From Amphiura filiformis (lineage: Eukaryota), in the NCBI RefSeq assembly GCF_039555335.1, contig NC_092646.1, forward strand, positions 36,923,911 to 36,987,910: a stretch of 64,000 nucleotides of DNA, written 5' to 3'. This document shows, piece after piece, positions 59,696-64,000 of this stretch. The stretch's first letter is position 1, and each line of letters starts with the position of its first letter. The notes beneath the pieces are model-generated. The model saw only the letters and a program-made list of their open reading frames with translations. It did no database searches and was not told the origin of the DNA. The position numbers and the translations under genes were made by a program.

Positions 59696-62600
59696 ATTTG
59701 GGTTGCTAGAATATCAGCCCAAAGGTACAGTGAATACCAGCAGAAAATTAAGTTTCCATCAATAAAATCCCAACTTACGTAAATTCACATTAGCGTGTGC
59801 CAGTCACGTATTACACAATGCACAACTTGCGCAAGGTTCTCCACCCAACTGTATGCACACCATTCTATATCAGTACATGATGTTGTAAGTCTCATTTTTT
59901 CTCGCTAATTATAAGCCAAATAAATTGTAGGTAATTGGTTAACATCAACAGGTTTATAATTACGGTACCTTGAAAGTATAATCTCAATTAAAAAAATAAG
60001 AGATATTAAGGTACGATTTCAGTCAAATTTGTATTGTTATTACCCAAAATTGTGAAATAATATAATTTAGTAATATAACTGTCAGGAAGGGTTTCTGTCC
60101 ATTTTAAGCTGAAATACAATGTACATGTAATAGCTGATAAAGTGCAAAACCCCAATGGCTATTTCATCCGTTTAACATGGACTGGCAAATGACCTACAAA
60201 CGCAACAAAATTGGCCGATTCCATTTTGTTTTAAGTTGGGACATGTATAAACATTACAAATATAGCAACAAAAAATCAGGTTTAAAAAAATACCAATTTC
60301 ATGTTATAAGATCCATGGCTCAGTAACCACAATATACTTCCACTGGTTGAAAGGTTCAGGGGAAACCAGAAATGTTGCTAGTAAAATGTACATGTACTTC
60401 CAGGAAAAACAAAGCAGAGCTAATAATGATAGTCAAAAGTTGCAAATGAAAGAGAAAGTGTTTTGTCATGTTGATGAGAGATAGATTAGGATGTATCAAA
60501 ACAGAGGAATAGAGTTTGCTTTTATAGCCATTCCACAACATGGTAAAGGCTTGATATAAAAAAGTCACATTTAAAACAAACAATTAAAGCAGTTATCAAC
60601 TTAAGGGTGGAGGCAGGATCACTCAAATTTTAGACATTGTTTTGTATTGTATCTTTTACAAGAAATGATGATATAAAGTACATACCAGGGTAATATTTTA
60701 TACATTTTCAGAAAGGCATTGATGCAAGGAATCCAACTAGCATTTTGAGAAAAGCACCAAATTTGATTTTCCATGCCAATTTTTTCAGCCCACCATAACA
60801 ACTTACCCATCCCTAAATATTCAAATTGACGAAAATTGCATTTGTGTTCTTTTAAAAGACACAAAGCTAGTAACACTTTTCACAAATTTTCATATTGCTT
60901 GAACAAAATGTATGAGAAAAATATCTTTGAACAATTTTGTTTTTTTGGTTTTCTCAAATAATGCAGTATTACGCCAAAGAAAAATGCACATGGCCAACTG
61001 GAAACAAACTCTTTTTTGCTGTTTCAGTGTGCATGTTCTCATCATGGTTTGGTGGACTGTAATGAAACATAATGGATGTGTAAGCGTGAGCCTCAAGTTC
61101 CTTTCACGGTGGCCCAAACTAATTACAAGACCACTTCTACATTGAGGCTGGCTTTCCCTTTTAAATGGGATTTTTTATTTTAAGCCTTAGCACTGGTTAC
61201 TTTGGATCAAAAAGTGATCCTTTATACTGCTGGTGAACATGCTAGTGCCAAATGAAAACAAATCTGTTATAATAGTGTGATATAGATTTTTTAATGGGCA
61301 GGGTTCGTGTGTATTGTGGGAGGTTATGTGTGTTACAAATTAGAGCGTGTTTCTACAGGCGCACCGCTAAGTTACCGCTAAATGGATAACGCTATCTTAC
61401 CGCTATCTTACCGTTTAACCTGCTGTTTCCACAGACAGGTTTTTGCCGTTGGCGTGTTCATACCGTTTAATCTGAATGACAAACATGTTTTAAAAGTGTA
61501 TTTGTCTTACCTTTTACGGTAGTATGGCCAAAATCTTGCATCGTAGGCCTAGAATTAATGCTAGAATGGATTGTTTAATGGTTGATTATTGCTAAATAAT
61601 CATTTTTTTTTGTTATATTTTGCAAATCAACAGAAAAGTTGTACATTTTACACAGTTTTTCACTATTTTGTAGCATTTACAAATTTCCGTGAGCAATCCC
61701 CGTTTTTCTGTTTTTCCGTATCACGGAGAAATTGTGGCTTTACATAATAGTTTGGACTTGTTATGTTGCCCAGGCTGTTATTAACGTTTTTGTCATGTCG
61801 TCTGTCCAATTAACATGTTGATTAACAGCCATTTTGTTTGATTTTGCTCAATAATCGGCAAGTTACCGCTTAGGTCTGTTTCACAGAAAATCTACCCGCC
61901 GTCAACGGCAAAAACCTACTCCAACGAGGTTTCCGTTGGCGATGAAAAAGGCGTTACCAAAAAAGGCGTTGGAGGCTGTTTCCACAGGAGTGATTAACGG
62001 TTCCATACCGTTTCCAAAACGGTATTTGGCTCTGTAGAAACACGCTCTTAGACCAGCCAGGGAGCAACAAGCTAATTAAATGAGGAAAATAAGGCATAAT
62101 GCATTTCCAAGCGTGTTCAGAGTGTGACAGTTATTATGCCTCCATCATATAGTATAGTACTGTATAAGTGGTAATTTTTGCGAGGGTTTTATTTTCACGC
62201 ATTTCACGATTAGAGCTCCAATCACGAAAATAACACCTCACAAATATATATGCAATAATGTGTTACAAGTATAGGGAGGAACTGGGCAATCGCAAAAATA
62301 ACATTCGTGAAAATGTGTCTCTCACTCCAAATCGCGAAAATAAATGTACGCGAAAATTACCACTTATACCAGTAGAAAAAACCTGGAGGAACAAAGCATT
62401 GTCCGACATCCTTACCTGATGCAGTTTTTCGAAGGCGTTATCCAGGCCTGTAGCCAGAATTTATTTGGGTGAGGGGGTGCAGGCCCGGGGGGTTGGGCGA
62501 GGGTGGTACTCACATATTTAAGGTATGGGGGAGGTGTGAGGGAGGCTTTTTTGCAAGAAAACCCTAAACATGGGTCCCAATTTGTAAAAAAAATCCTAAA

Positions 62601-64000
62601 ATATGAGTCTCTATTTGAAAAAATGGGCCAAAAACTGTTAAATCAGCCGTTTCTTAGGTAAAAAATCCATTAACATGGGTTTAGATTGGAGAAAAAAAAA
62701 GTCAAATCAGTATTTTTTTTAGGTAAAAAAATTCGTAAAAAATGGGTAGGGGTGCCAGAGTTCAACTTAAATTTTGGTAGGGGTGTGCGGCGAACTAAGA
62801 ACTGATTTTCGGGGAAAATAGGGGCTTGAAGAACTGAAATTAGGGCCTAATTATAGGCTGTTGAGCTAAAAGTTTCTAAATTATTTCCAAATTTGAGCTT
62901 AAAGAGCTATTGTCAGAGTTTGAGGCTCAAAGAACTGGAGCAGATCCAAATGTGGGGCTTAAGGAACTGCCGGAGAGCCTGAAAAAGGGACCCTTGACCG
63001 CCGCACATACCCGTACCACCTTAACATGTGAGTGCCCCCCCCGGGATACGCACAGTTTGGATTTTGTGCTGTGAAAATTATCAGACCATGGATAATTAGT
63101 GACATTGCTCATTCTGTTAGAACAGAAAACCAAATCTACCCATGATGCATTGCATGAATTGACCTAGATCACTCAAACCTGGCTATTTTCTAGTGGGGAC
63201 ATTGGTCAGGGAAGATACCTTACACTTCCCACAATGCATTTCTTCCCTGTACTGATTTGCTAGTCAGTGCATCATGGGTCGATCTAATTAAGTGACAAAA
63301 TATACCTCAACAGAAAGAGCTTCAGATGGATGTAAGTCATTGGCTTTTACTCTGAAGCAAGGTATGATGGGAAGGAATAAGGTTCTGCTGTGAGTCTGGT
63401 GACATTATCACTGTATATCCAAGGATTAGATCCTGAACGCCCTATCTGCAATTTAGCTGCCCTATACACATCTGACAGTTTCTGCATTCTATATTGTACA
63501 CAATCTAAAAATATGACACCTGGCAGCTATTGCAGATATTCTTGCCCTAACCCCACTACATGATGAATATATAAATTCTATGTAATAAGATGAACACAGT
63601 GATTGATGGAAATGCTTGATTGGTCCATGGAAATGGGAATAGTCGGTCATCAGAGATATCTTGCCCTTCCCACTCCCAGAATCCTTTTTAACATGTTATA
63701 TCACATTACACTCCCATTACTTTTACACTACCACATACATTTCCCTTTGTTTTAATTTTAAGAATAATTTTTAAGTAATAAGATGAACACAGTGATTGAT
63801 GGAAATGCTTCATTGGTCTATGGGTTAGTTGATCACCAGGGAAGATATATACCCTTCCCAGAATCCTTTTCAACATGATATTATTGATATGTCACCTCTT
63901 TTCATCAAATGATGTTCCCATTACTTTATACAGGTTCCCTTTGTTATCATTTTAAGAATAGACTTGTTAAATGGGTCGAGAGTCAAGTATAAAAACATAC

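Noticed and set aside
1-64000. Prokaryotic-type systems (operons, CRISPR arrays, defence islands, rRNA operons)
   Set aside because: The sequence is unmistakably eukaryotic: GT-AG introns, metazoan gene homologs, SINEs and MITEs. No CRISPR-like spacer arrays or rRNA genes were seen.

Overview
This window is AT-rich eukaryotic (metazoan) genomic DNA with short exons and transposon-rich introns; there is no prokaryotic-style organisation (no operons or CRISPR). Coordinates were read by eye, so exon ends are approximate (±3 bp). The lower half (about 1–30.3 kb, minus strand) is one long multi-exon gene that I recognise as the vault poly(ADP-ribose) polymerase PARP4, with domain order BRCT, PARP regulatory, PARP catalytic, VIT, VWA. 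I mapped 22 coding exons by splice-site consensus (AG|…|GTAAG) together with strong peptide similarity to PARP4, PARP1 and VWA5A motifs; exon anchors were checked against the supplied ORF track where an ORF was available. The gene runs off the left edge, so its C-terminus is not in the window. The most striking feature is a recurring pattern in at least seven PARP4 introns. The intron immediately downstream of an exon (in transcript orientation) holds a tandem array of units 83–130 bp long, and each unit is a copy of the 3' tail of that exon plus its GT donor site. Arrays have 2 to about 15 copies. The introns also carry two families of long foldback palindromes (0.8 kb and 2.2 kb) that share a 220-bp upstream module, several MITEs with target-site duplications (a Tc1/mariner-like element with TA, an hAT-like element with an 8-bp duplication), two Penelope-like GIY-YIG endonuclease fragments, tRNA-derived SINE copies, and two tRNA-like sequences. 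A cluster of AGGTCAaAGGTCA (DR1) nuclear-receptor-type motifs carried on small repeats lies 0.4–1.6 kb upstream of the PARP4 5' end. The upper half is mostly repeats: minisatellites, a 195-bp satellite, CT- and GA-rich tracts and more MITEs. It does contain exon 1 of REV3L (DNA polymerase zeta catalytic subunit) on the plus strand at about 49.55 kb, and a few weakly supported small coding candidates.
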